DNA from: an uncultured Lachnospiraceae bacterium
Lineage (GTDB): Bacteria > Bacillota > Clostridia > Lachnospirales > Lachnospiraceae
Assembly: GCA_947577185.1 (NCBI GenBank)
Contig: CANPUE010000006.1
Span: forward strand, 4,649 to 68,648
DNA: 64,000 nucleotides
Direction: 5' to 3'
The notes under the pieces were generated by a model. That model saw only the letters and a list, made by a program, of their open reading frames with translations. It was not told the DNA's origin and searched no databases. Positions within the stretch are counted from its first letter, which is position 1. Each line of letters begins with the position of its first letter. Positions 9,614 to 18,596 of the stretch are shown piece after piece. Position numbers and translations under genes: made by a program.

Positions 9614-11477
9614 ACTCGAAACATACTCCTCCTCCAAACTGTCTTGCGCCGCAGCCCTGACACTTACTCCTGCAATTTGGGGATACACATCCTTCCATTG
9701 CCTTTTTCCACTCTCTTAACAAAAATTCTTTCGTGACGCCGCAGTTTATAAAATCCCATGGGAATATTTCGTCTTCCCTCCGTTCGCGGCTCGTATAAAA
9801 TTCCGGATCAATATTACATTTTTTAAAGCTGGCAAGCCAGACCTCGTTCTGGAAACATTCGCTCCAGGCGTCGAACATCGCGCCTTGCCTGTACGCTTCT
9901 TCGATTACTTTTGCAAGTTTTCTGTCGCCCCTTGCAAGAACGCCCTCCAGGACACTGAGGTCGGCCTCATGCCAGTTGTATTTGATGCTTTTTTGATTCA
10001 GCTGTTCCATAATGCCTTTTTTGGTCTGATATGCCTTTTCGATAAACTCTTCTTTTGTGCACATTCCCGCCCACTGGAACGGCGTGAACGGTTTGGGGAT
10101 AAAGAAGGAAGTGCTCGTAACGATCTGTACCCGTCCGTTTGTGCGCTGATCCTTTGGCACGGTATCAAAGAAAACGGCGGCAATCTTGTTTGACAGATCT
10201 CCTATGCCCCGGATATCCTCTTCGGTTTCCATGGGCAGACCAAGCATAAAATAGAGTTTGACCCTTGTCCACCCTCCCGCAAAAGCAAGTGCGGCGCCTT
10301 CTAATATGGATTCTTCGGTAAGTCCTTTATTGATGATATCGCGCAGCTTCTGGCTCCCCGCTTCCGGGGCAAAGGTCAGACTGCTTTTTTTCACATCCTG
10401 TACCTTGCTCATGACATCGAGGGAAAAGGCATCAATGCGGAGAGAAGGCAGGGAGATATTAATCTTTTTGTGACTGCATTCTTCTATCAGGAAATCCAGC
10501 AGTTCATCCAATCGGGAGTAGTCGCTGGAACTGAGGGAACTTAATGAAATTTCATCGTATCCCGTATTTTTTATCATTTCAAGCGCATACTGTTTGAGCA
10601 CATTGACGTCGCGTTCTCTGACCGGACGGTAGATCTGTCCTGCCTGACAGAAACGGCAGCCTCTGATACAGCCGCGCTGGATCTCCAATACCACCCGGTC
10701 CTGTGTCACCTGTATGAAGGGAACAACCGGCGCGAGCGGATAGAAAGTATCCGATACCTCCATCTCGACCTCTTTTAAGATCGTATCCGGCGCCCTGTCA
10801 TATAATTTTTTCCGGCCCTTGACGGTGCCGTCTGCATGGTATTCTTCTTCATAAAGAGATGGCACATAGATGCCGGGGATCTGTGATGCGGCATACAGGA
10901 AATCCTGACGGCTCCCGCCTGCCGCTTTATTTTGCCTGTAAGTGTCAAGAAGGCTGCGATACTGTGTTTCGCCCTCTCCGATATAAAACAGATCAAAAAA
11001 TTCCGCGATCGGTTCCGGATTGTAACTGCAGGGGCCGCCTCCGATCACGATCGGGTCGTTCTGCGTCCGTTCTTTTGCATAAAGCGGGATCTGAGACAAT
11101 TCCAGTATCTGCAGGATATTTGTATAGCACATTTCGTACTGGATGGTGATTCCCAGAAAATCCATGATTTTAACGGGCTCCTGCGATTCCAGGGCAAACA
11201 GGGGGATCTGCTTCTTTCTCATGATCCGGTCTAAGTCAGTCCACGGGGAATAGACACGTTCACACCATACATCCTCCCACGAATTAAACATGCTGTATAA
11301 AATCTGGATACCGAGATGGGACATACCGATCTCATAGACATCCGGAAAACACATGCAAAAACGGATATCCGTTTTCGTTTTGTCTTTCATGATGGAATTG
11401 ACTTCATTTCCGATATAGCGGGCAGGTTTTTCCACCTGCATTAAAATTTCGTCTGATAGCGCCAGTTTTCTTCTCAT
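9597..11477 (-). CDS. B12-binding radical SAM protein (TIGR03960-like)
   Basis: VEKPARYIGNE, FPDVYEIGMSHLG, CIRGCRFC, C-terminal CRSKCQGCG. Confidence 0.9.
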   Translation of the reverse strand: MRRKLALSDEILMQVEKPARYIGNEVNSIMKDKTKTDIRFCMCFPDVYEIGMSHLGIQILYSMFNSWEDVWCERVYSPWTDLDRIMRKKQIPLFALESQEPVKIMDFLGITIQYEMCYTNILQILELSQIPLYAKERTQNDPIVIGGGPCSYNPEPIAEFFDLFYIGEGETQYRSLLDTYRQNKAAGGSRQDFLYAASQIPGIYVPSLYEEEYHADGTVKGRKKLYDRAPDTILKEVEMEVSDTFYPLAPVVPFIQVTQDRVVLEIQRGCIRGCRFCQAGQIYRPVRERDVNVLKQYALEMIKNTGYDEISLSSLSSSDYSRLDELLDFLIEECSHKKINISLPSLRIDAFSLDVMSKVQDVKKSSLTFAPEAGSQKLRDIINKGLTEESILEGAALAFAGGWTRVKLYFMLGLPMETEEDIRGIGDLSNKIAAVFFDTVPKDQRTNGRVQIVTSTSFFIPKPFTPFQWAGMCTKEEFIEKAYQTKKGIMEQLNQKSIKYNWHEADLSVLEGVLARGDRKLAKVIEEAYRQGAMFDAWSECFQNEVWLASFKKCNIDPEFYTSRERREDEIFPWDFINCGVTKEFLLREWKKAMEGCVSPNCRSKCQGCGARQFGGGVCFEYEDQN

Positions 11478-11504
11478 GTAGGGATGCTTCCTTTTTCAAA
11501 AAAT

Positions 11505-11945
11505 TTACTCAAACAACTCTGTCAGCTGCGGAAACTCCACTGTATTTTCAGAGTCATTCAGTTTAAAATAGTCTTCGGAGATCATGCCGTAAATGTCATT
11601 CATGGAATATCCGAAAATTTTATATTGTCCTGCATCACACAGCAAAAACCCGATAAACAGGATAATCGCCATGGCCATACGGAGTTTGAACGTGCCGGGT
11701 GTCTCCGGCATCTGTGTTTCCATGGAGTCTTCCGGCCGCAGATAACCTTCTGTGCGCAGGGATTCTCCCCGGTTCCACAAAGGCGGCATGTTATCCGTTC
11801 CATAGAGAATCTTCTCCCGCTCTCTGATTTTCATGCGGTTATCCATGTTCTCCGCACGTATGTACTGCGCCAGTCTCATTTTTCGTTCAACCGGTATCTG
11901 ACTTCCTTCTTTTGCCGTTTTGCCCTGCATATTGGTTTCCACCAT
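11505..11945 (-). CDS. Hypothetical protein with one TM segment
   Basis: 146 aa ORF filling the gap; hydrophobic MAMAIILFIGFLL segment. Confidence 0.6.
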   Translation of the reverse strand: MVETNMQGKTAKEGSQIPVERKMRLAQYIRAENMDNRMKIREREKILYGTDNMPPLWNRGESLRTEGYLRPEDSMETQMPETPGTFKLRMAMAIILFIGFLLCDAGQYKIFGYSMNDIYGMISEDYFKLNDSENTVEFPQLTELFE

Positions 11946-12019
11946 TCCTTGTGCTCTTAGAGCATTTTATGTCCGCATGGGCAAAAAAAGAACATGCCGG
12001 CGCCACGGGGCGGGGGACA

Positions 12020-13300
12020 TCATCGTTTTGCCAGTTCCGCAGTGATCTCTTCCCATGTCACATTTTTTTCGGCCATCAGGACCATCATATGATACAGGAA
12101 ATCGGAAATCTCGTATTTGATCTCATTGACATTCGGATTTTTGGCGGCGATTACGATCTCGGTTGCCTCTTCGCCCAGTTTCTTTAAAATCTTATCGAGT
12201 CCTTTGTCAAAGAGATAATTTGTATAGGAACCCTCTTTCGGATGCATTTTCCGGTCGAGGATGACGCCGAAGACCTGTTCGAAGACCCGCAGCGGATTGC
12301 TCTCTTCATATTCTCTGCGCATGATTTCGTTAAAAAAGCAGGAATGGGCGCCCGTATGGCATGCCGCGCCGATCTGGGAGACTTTGGCGAGTATCGTGTC
12401 TTTGTCACAGTCGGCCATCAGCGATCTGACATATTGGTAGTGGCCGCTCGTCTCACCTTTTACCCAGAGTTCTTCCCGGCTCCTGCTATAATAGGTCATC
12501 TTTCCGGTTCGGATCGTCATTTGATAGGCTTCCTCGTTCATATAGGCAACCATCAGGACTTCATCGGTCTTATAATCCTGTACCACGACCGGAATCTGAC
12601 CGTCGGAATTCAGCTTAAACTCATCCCATGTGATTTTGGCTTCCATGGTGTTAATGGAGATGCCGTTTGACTGACAGAGCGCTTTGATGGCCAAAAGCTC
12701 TTTGGCATTTTCGTTGATGGCATTGCCTGAGATCGCGCAGATATTTTTCTGGGAGAGCATTTCCAGAATCTTATCAAGAGAGACCTCCGGTACACATACG
12801 ATCATCGGAAACCGGGAGACGGCAACCGCTTCTTTGATACAGCGTTCTTTTACAAGAATCAGTTCCTCCACGTATTCGTCAAGCAGCAGTTCGTTCGCGG
12901 TAATCTCGGAGACGTCACTGATGCAGGCTGCGATCTTCTCTTTGCCAAATTTTTTGGACACTTCTTGCGTGATTTTGATATTCTCCGGTCTGGAATAATT
13001 GAGCGCTGCCTTCTTACAGCCCGCATAGATCAGTTTTTTGATATCTTCCATGCGGTGTACATTTCCTGCGCCAGTCACAGGAATTTCCGCTTCTGTACAG
13101 ATCGCTTTTATGATATCGAGCGCTTCCTCATGTTCGGTGTCGCCGTCTGAAAGATCATATACGATCAATTCATCCGCATGATTATCACTATAAAATTTTG
13201 CCAGCGCGGCCGGATTTGTGTCTATGATCGTGTGATCGGAGAATCCTTTCACCACATTTCCTTTATATAGATAAATACAGGGTATTAATTTCTTGTACAT
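12020..13300 (-). CDS. hisIE: HisIE (PR-AMP cyclohydrolase/PR-ATP pyrophosphatase) with N-terminal degenerate HisF-like domain
   Basis: HisI: WVKGETSGH, DCDKDT, ACHTGAHSCF; HisE: KKLGEEATE, DFLYH; N-terminus resembles HisF. Confidence 0.9.
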   Translation of the reverse strand: MYKKLIPCIYLYKGNVVKGFSDHTIIDTNPAALAKFYSDNHADELIVYDLSDGDTEHEEALDIIKAICTEAEIPVTGAGNVHRMEDIKKLIYAGCKKAALNYSRPENIKITQEVSKKFGKEKIAACISDVSEITANELLLDEYVEELILVKERCIKEAVAVSRFPMIVCVPEVSLDKILEMLSQKNICAISGNAINENAKELLAIKALCQSNGISINTMEAKITWDEFKLNSDGQIPVVVQDYKTDEVLMVAYMNEEAYQMTIRTGKMTYYSRSREELWVKGETSGHYQYVRSLMADCDKDTILAKVSQIGAACHTGAHSCFFNEIMRREYEESNPLRVFEQVFGVILDRKMHPKEGSYTNYLFDKGLDKILKKLGEEATEIVIAAKNPNVNEIKYEISDFLYHMMVLMAEKNVTWEEITAELAKR

Positions 13301-13333
13301 TGTCTTTCCTCCTGATGTATAAAGCGATCCTTA

Positions 13334-13924
13334 TTAGGCAAGGCTTCCCTTGGTGCTGAGAACATCTGCGATTCTGTCATCTTTCCCAACTGCCTCATCA
13401 AGCGCTTTTCCAAATGCCTTAAACATTGCCTCTATCATATGGTGTGTATTTTCCCCCGAAAGCATTTTAATATGAATATTCATTCCGGCGCTGTAAGAGA
13501 CAGCATAGAAAAATTCCCGGATCAGTTCCGTATCCAGAGCGCCTGCCTGCTGTGTCTTAAAATCGCAGGAAAAACCAAGGTAGGGCCTGCCGCCCAGATC
13601 TACGGCGCACAGACACAGGGCGTCATCCATCGGCAACAGAAAAGAACCAAAGCGCCGGATGCCGGTCTTATCTCCGAGCGCTTCTCTGATCGCCTGTCCG
13701 AGCACGATGCCCGTATCTTCTACTGTGTGATGGGCATCTACATCCAAATCTCCGTTGACCACGAGGGTCAAGTCGAAGAAGCCATGTTTTGCAAACCCTT
13801 CCAGCATATGGTCAAAAAAGCCGATGCCTGTCTGCACTTCACTTTTGCCGACGCCATCAAGCGAAAGGGATAAGATGATGTCAGTTTCTTTTGTTTTTCT
13901 TTTCACTGCCGCATTTCGTGCCAT
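13334..13924 (-). CDS. hisB: Imidazoleglycerol-phosphate dehydratase
   Basis: TGIGFFDHML, DAHHTVED, NTHHMIE, STKG. Confidence 0.97.
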   Translation of the reverse strand: MARNAAVKRKTKETDIILSLSLDGVGKSEVQTGIGFFDHMLEGFAKHGFFDLTLVVNGDLDVDAHHTVEDTGIVLGQAIREALGDKTGIRRFGSFLLPMDDALCLCAVDLGGRPYLGFSCDFKTQQAGALDTELIREFFYAVSYSAGMNIHIKMLSGENTHHMIEAMFKAFGKALDEAVGKDDRIADVLSTKGSLA

Positions 13925-13963
13925 GGTATGAAGATCCTTTCTTTTCTTTCTCCTGTTATTCTG

Positions 13964-15265
13964 TCAGACTGATTCTTTTTCAAAACGAACCCGGATAGAA
14001 TTTGCATGTGCTGTCAGGCCCTCTTTTTCCGCGAACAGTTCGATATCCTTATGCGCACGCTGGAGCGCTTCTTTCGAGTAAGAGATGATACTTGTCTTTT
14101 TGAGAAAATCGTCCACATTCAGCGGAGAGAAAAACTTGGCGGTTCCGTTTGTGGGCAGGATATGGTTTGGCCCTGCATAATAGTCGCCAAGCGGCTCTGA
14201 GGAATATTCCCCGAGAAAGATCGCACCGGCGTTTTCGATTTTCGTCATCACTTCAAACGGATTTTTGGTTAAGATCTCCAGATGTTCCGAGGCGATCTCA
14301 TTGGCGGCAGCGATAGCATCGTCAAGAGAATCCGCCAGCAGAATATAGCCGTACTGATCCAGAGATGCCCGGATAATGGACGCTCTGGAAAGCTCTTTTA
14401 AAAAGCCGTCAATCTGGATGGCCGTCTCTTTGGCAAGTTTTTCGCTGGTCGTGATCAGGATCGCACTTGCCAGTTCGTCATGTTCTGCCTGTGAGAGCAA
14501 ATCTGCTGCCACATAGCGGGGATTGGCGGTTTCATCCGCGATCACAAGAATTTCGCTGGGGCCGGCGATCGAATCGATGCCAACATAACCAAAGCAGGCT
14601 TTTTTCGCAAGCGCGACAAAAATGTTGCCGGGGCCTGTGATCTTGTCCACTCTGGGAATGCTCTTTGTGCCGAACGCCATCGCGGCGATCGCCTGAGCGC
14701 CGCCGACTTTATAGATCTCATCGACACCTGCGATCCTGGCAGCGACCAGCGTGCCAGCATTTACTTTTCCATCCGCACCCGCCGGTGTGACCATGATGAT
14801 CTTTTTTACACCCGCAACTCTTGCCGGGACCACATTCATTAACAGACTGCTTGGATAAGCGGCTTTTCCACCCGGGATATAGACACCGGAGACAGCGATC
14901 GGCTGGAGCTTCTGTCCCAGGATTGTGCCGTCCGGTTTTGTGTTGATCCAGCTGTTGTGCATCTGATGCCGGTGAAAATCAAAAATATTATCGGCGCTGC
15001 GCTGAATCACCTTGATAAATTCTTCTTCCGTATGCGCAAACGCTTCCTCGATCTCATCGTTTGTCACACGGATATTATCTGCATTGATATCCCATTTATC
15101 AAATTCCTTTGTATATTCAAAGACTGCCTCATCCCCCCGTTCCCGTACGGCAGTGATGATCTGTGCGACCACAGATTCATATTCTCCATAGTGGTTCGGA
15201 CTTCTTTTTAACAGATTATCAAGAATATCCTGCTGGGATTCGGGTGTCAGTTTTATGGTTCTCAT
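13964..15265 (-). CDS. hisD: Histidinol dehydrogenase
   Basis: YIPGGKAAYPSS, IDSIAGPSE, SQAEHD, GPNHILPT. Confidence 0.97.
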   Translation of the reverse strand: MRTIKLTPESQQDILDNLLKRSPNHYGEYESVVAQIITAVRERGDEAVFEYTKEFDKWDINADNIRVTNDEIEEAFAHTEEEFIKVIQRSADNIFDFHRHQMHNSWINTKPDGTILGQKLQPIAVSGVYIPGGKAAYPSSLLMNVVPARVAGVKKIIMVTPAGADGKVNAGTLVAARIAGVDEIYKVGGAQAIAAMAFGTKSIPRVDKITGPGNIFVALAKKACFGYVGIDSIAGPSEILVIADETANPRYVAADLLSQAEHDELASAILITTSEKLAKETAIQIDGFLKELSRASIIRASLDQYGYILLADSLDDAIAAANEIASEHLEILTKNPFEVMTKIENAGAIFLGEYSSEPLGDYYAGPNHILPTNGTAKFFSPLNVDDFLKKTSIISYSKEALQRAHKDIELFAEKEGLTAHANSIRVRFEKESV

Positions 15266-15290
15266 AAGAATGTGTACTCCTTTCTCTTTC

Positions 15291-16037
15291 TCATTCCACA
15301 CTGTAATTTAGCTTTACCGTAATGGAAGCTGTCTTTTGCCGGGAGCCAGTGTCAAAGGCGCCGCCATAGCTGTAATCTGAATTGCTGTTTTGGGCCGTGA
15401 TCTGGAAAACACCGAGACTGGCAGTAAGCAGTTTGTTAACACGCGCGCCTGTTCCCGCGGCCATAATGTCGATTCGGTCTTTGGCATTGGCCGTTGCCTC
15501 TTCGATGAGCTGTAACTTCAATTCATCCAGTTTTGTGTAATAATATTGCGGGTCTTCGGAAACGAATTCTACATTGGCCTCGATCAGCTGTGTAATGTCT
15601 CTGGAAATATTGTCAACTTTATCGATATCGCCTGAAGTCACGCAGATTTCCTGATAGAGATCGTAACCGTCTTCATATCTGCCGATCTCATACCCTTCGT
15701 CATTATATTCATAGGCATACCGTTTGGAAATATTGACGGCGCCAAAAACCATCTCTTCCTCCGTGACACCGTTCTCGATCAGATAATCTTCTATGACTTC
15801 GGCATCTTTTTTCAGGCGCTGGTAGGCGGTCTGCGTCGTGGAGCCATAGGCAGTGAAACTGCCCCGCCAGACGATCAGATCCGACTCGAAGTCACAGCTG
15901 GCTGAACCTGTCGCAGTCAGGCCGCCGCTTCCGGAAGTCTGTTTGTAGGAAACAAGCTTTCCGGATAAAATGCTGACACAGATGATTGCGCAGATTCCTG
16001 CGATCAGCGCAATGATGATTCCCTTATACTCTTTCAT
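15291..16037 (-). CDS. SIMPL (DUF541) domain protein, membrane-anchored or exported
   Basis: N-terminal hydrophobic segment; TATGSA; ATANAKDR; LGVFQITAQNS. Confidence 0.8.
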   Translation of the reverse strand: MKEYKGIIIALIAGICAIICVSILSGKLVSYKQTSGSGGLTATGSASCDFESDLIVWRGSFTAYGSTTQTAYQRLKKDAEVIEDYLIENGVTEEEMVFGAVNISKRYAYEYNDEGYEIGRYEDGYDLYQEICVTSGDIDKVDNISRDITQLIEANVEFVSEDPQYYYTKLDELKLQLIEEATANAKDRIDIMAAGTGARVNKLLTASLGVFQITAQNSNSDYSYGGAFDTGSRQKTASITVKLNYSVE

Positions 16038-16091
16038 AGATCAGTCCCTGCTCCTTTCTCAAACATGAACATGCGTTTGACTTTGTTCGGG

Positions 16092-16736
16092 TTACAGATT
16101 GCTTTTTAAATCTGCAATCAGCTTCCGAATCCGTTCCGGCTGCATCTGCATACTGACCTGGTTGACGATCATACGGGCAGAAAGCGGGCAGATCTCTTCC
16201 AAAACTTCCAGCCCGTTTTCCCTCAGCGTAGAACCGGTCTCCACAATATCTACGATGACATCGGAAAGCCGGACGATCGGGCCAAGTTCCACAGAACCGT
16301 TTAATTTGATGATATCCACAGTCTGATGTTTTTTGTTAAAAAAATAGTCTTTGGCAATGTTTGGATATTTGCTGGCAACACGGATCATCTCATGATGCAT
16401 CAAAAGCTCTCTTGCGCTTTCAGGACCGCAGACACACATGCGGCATTTCCCGTAGCCTAAATCCAGTACTTCATAAATGTGTCGGTTCTCTTCCATAATG
16501 GTGTCGCTGCCTGCGACGCCGATATCCGCCGCTCCATATTCCACATAAGTCGGCACATCCGGACCTTTGGAGAGGAAAAATTTCAGCTTTTTCTCTTCGT
16601 TGACAAAAATCAGTTTCCTCGAATCCTTATCCTTCATCTCTTCGCAGGTGATTCCGATCTTCTCTAACAGTTCCATAGTCTTATTTGCAAGCCTGCCTTT
16701 TGCAAGTGCAAAGGTCAGATATTTTTCTTCGCTCAT
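16092..16736 (-). CDS. hisG: ATP phosphoribosyltransferase, short form
   Basis: LAKGR, DVPTYVEYG, DIVETGSTLRENGL; 214 aa. Confidence 0.96.
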   Translation of the reverse strand: MSEEKYLTFALAKGRLANKTMELLEKIGITCEEMKDKDSRKLIFVNEEKKLKFFLSKGPDVPTYVEYGAADIGVAGSDTIMEENRHIYEVLDLGYGKCRMCVCGPESARELLMHHEMIRVASKYPNIAKDYFFNKKHQTVDIIKLNGSVELGPIVRLSDVIVDIVETGSTLRENGLEVLEEICPLSARMIVNQVSMQMQPERIRKLIADLKSNL

Positions 16737-17875
16737 TGCATTTCATGCCCTTTCTTTTCAGGTGATTCGTATGGGGTAAGTACTACGCAGTGCCCTGCTT
16801 CCCGTAGAGATACTGCCTCTTTCAGTTTCGCTTCAAAGGTCTCTTCCTGATAGTAAATATGCAGGATCTCTTTTCGTGGTGCGGCTGTCACGTTTTGCCT
16901 GCCCATGGCCAAAAGCAGATCGTCCACTGCAATCATAAAACCGATGGCCGGTGCATTTTTACCGAACCGCCCAAGCAGCGTATTATATCTGCCGCCTTTT
17001 AAAACAGCGTCCCCGACCCCATAAGTATAGGCCTTAAATAGAATGCCCGTATAATAATTATACTTGCTTAACATGGTCAGGTCAAAAGAAACATATTTTT
17101 CCACGCCATAAGAACAAAGCACCTGATAGACCTGCTCTAACCGTTCGATTGCCTGCAGGGACCGTTCATTGTTGACGGTCTGCCTTGCTTCTTTCAGCGC
17201 ATCCACAGAACCGAACAGATCACTGGTCTTTAACAGGATCTCTCTGTCTGGCAGCGCTACCTTTCTGTCTGCTAAAAGTTCCTCCGCACCAAAATAATTT
17301 TTGCCGGAGATCAGCTCTCTGAGCGTCAGTTCCGTCTCCTCATCGAGTCCGGCCTGTGCGCAGATCCCTTTAAAATATTCCAGATTGCCGACACTTATCT
17401 GGAAATCCTTTAAGCCCGCATGGCGCAGCGCTTCTATCATCAGGGCGATCATCTCAGCATCGGCATAGATCGAATCGTCGCCGATCAGCTCGACCCCCAT
17501 CTGGGTGGTTTCTTTGAGTTTTCCCTGCAGATTGGAAGTATTGGTGAAAGTATTGCCCTGATAGCAAAACCGGATCGGTACTTCTTCTTCCATAAAATAT
17601 TTCGCCGCACATCTGGCGATCGAAGGGGTGAAATCGGGACGCAATACAAGCGTATTGCCCTCTTTGTCAAAAAATTTATACAGTTCTTTGGAGGGTGTCG
17701 TACCGATCTCCCGGGAAAAAACATCGAAAAATTCAAAGGAAGGCGTCTGGATGTCACGATAACCGTAGGCGTGGAACTTTTCTGAAAGCAGATGTTCAAC
17801 GGCTAACTTCCGCGCTTCCTCATCCCCGTAGATATCTCTGACGCCTTCCGGCGTATGTACCAGTTTTTTACTCAT
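16733..17875 (-). CDS. hisZ: ATP phosphoribosyltransferase regulatory subunit
   Basis: HisRS-like TPEGVRD, LRPDFTPSIAR, YYTG, GGRY; overlaps the hisG start. Confidence 0.95.
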   Translation of the reverse strand: MSKKLVHTPEGVRDIYGDEEARKLAVEHLLSEKFHAYGYRDIQTPSFEFFDVFSREIGTTPSKELYKFFDKEGNTLVLRPDFTPSIARCAAKYFMEEEVPIRFCYQGNTFTNTSNLQGKLKETTQMGVELIGDDSIYADAEMIALMIEALRHAGLKDFQISVGNLEYFKGICAQAGLDEETELTLRELISGKNYFGAEELLADRKVALPDREILLKTSDLFGSVDALKEARQTVNNERSLQAIERLEQVYQVLCSYGVEKYVSFDLTMLSKYNYYTGILFKAYTYGVGDAVLKGGRYNTLLGRFGKNAPAIGFMIAVDDLLLAMGRQNVTAAPRKEILHIYYQEETFEAKLKEAVSLREAGHCVVLTPYESPEKKGHEMQ

Positions 17876-17901
17876 CTTCAGATTTTTAACTCCTTCTTGC
17901 T

Positions 17902-17928
17902 TTATCGAATTAACGTGTTAATTCGTCA
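17902..17928. promoter_or_regulatory. Palindromic operator upstream of the his operon (possible HisR site)
   Basis: Perfect CGAATTAAC-gt-GTTAATTCG inverted repeat (17906-17925) and TAA at 8-bp period, between promoter and RBS. Confidence 0.55.
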
Positions 17929-17953
17929 ATGTAATAATAGATCAAATATATGT

Positions 17954-17982
17954 AGTATAGCTGAAAAAAACAGGCTTGTCAA
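17954..17982 (-). promoter_or_regulatory. SigA promoter of the his operon
   Basis: TTGACA-N17-TATACT. Confidence 0.8.
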
Positions 17983-18009
17983 ATCACGTCAGTGCCATGA
18001 CACGGTTTT

Positions 18010-18543
18010 CTATTCCCGGTCATCCAGATCTTTCTGAAGCATGTCCAGATAAGGAACGAGAATGCCGTGTCTTTTGGGAAGAATATACTCTGGATTCAGT
18101 TCTTCATAGCGGAAACTCTTCCTGCCGCCCTCTTTCGCCCTGTCCCAGAAAAAACGGAGCATCTCATAGGGAAGATAATAAAAGAGATCCTTATGAGAAT
18201 AATAAATGAGGAAAAACGCGATCCCCTTTTGCTTTTCAAACTGCTCCATGAACGCGACCTGATGCTCATGGATGTTTTGCAGGGCAAAGGTGTCGACAGC
18301 GCATTCTTTGGCGTCGAAACAGACCGGGATGCCCTGTACGGCGCCGATATAATCCACCGTACTTTTCTGTTCAAAATAGGCTAATGTGATATGTCTGCTG
18401 TGTTTGTCGATCGTGATCGGCGTGATCGGCGTCGGGATCTTCTGGATCAGGGCAAGTCCGTTCTCCAGATATTTTTCATTGGTGCGGTTGATCAGATCTT
18501 CCAGCGTGGAGCCCCGCAGTCCTCTTGAATTCCAGGTTGCCAT
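18010..18543 (-). CDS. recU: Holliday junction resolvase
   Basis: RGSTLE, QKIPTP, STVDY, FDAKE, NIHEHQ. Confidence 0.93.
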   Translation of the reverse strand: MATWNSRGLRGSTLEDLINRTNEKYLENGLALIQKIPTPITPITIDKHSRHITLAYFEQKSTVDYIGAVQGIPVCFDAKECAVDTFALQNIHEHQVAFMEQFEKQKGIAFFLIYYSHKDLFYYLPYEMLRFFWDRAKEGGRKSFRYEELNPEYILPKRHGILVPYLDMLQKDLDDRE

Positions 18544-18596
18544 TTGCCGTACCGTTTCCTTTCAATAATCGTTCTGAATCGTTCTGCGCAGGCTTT

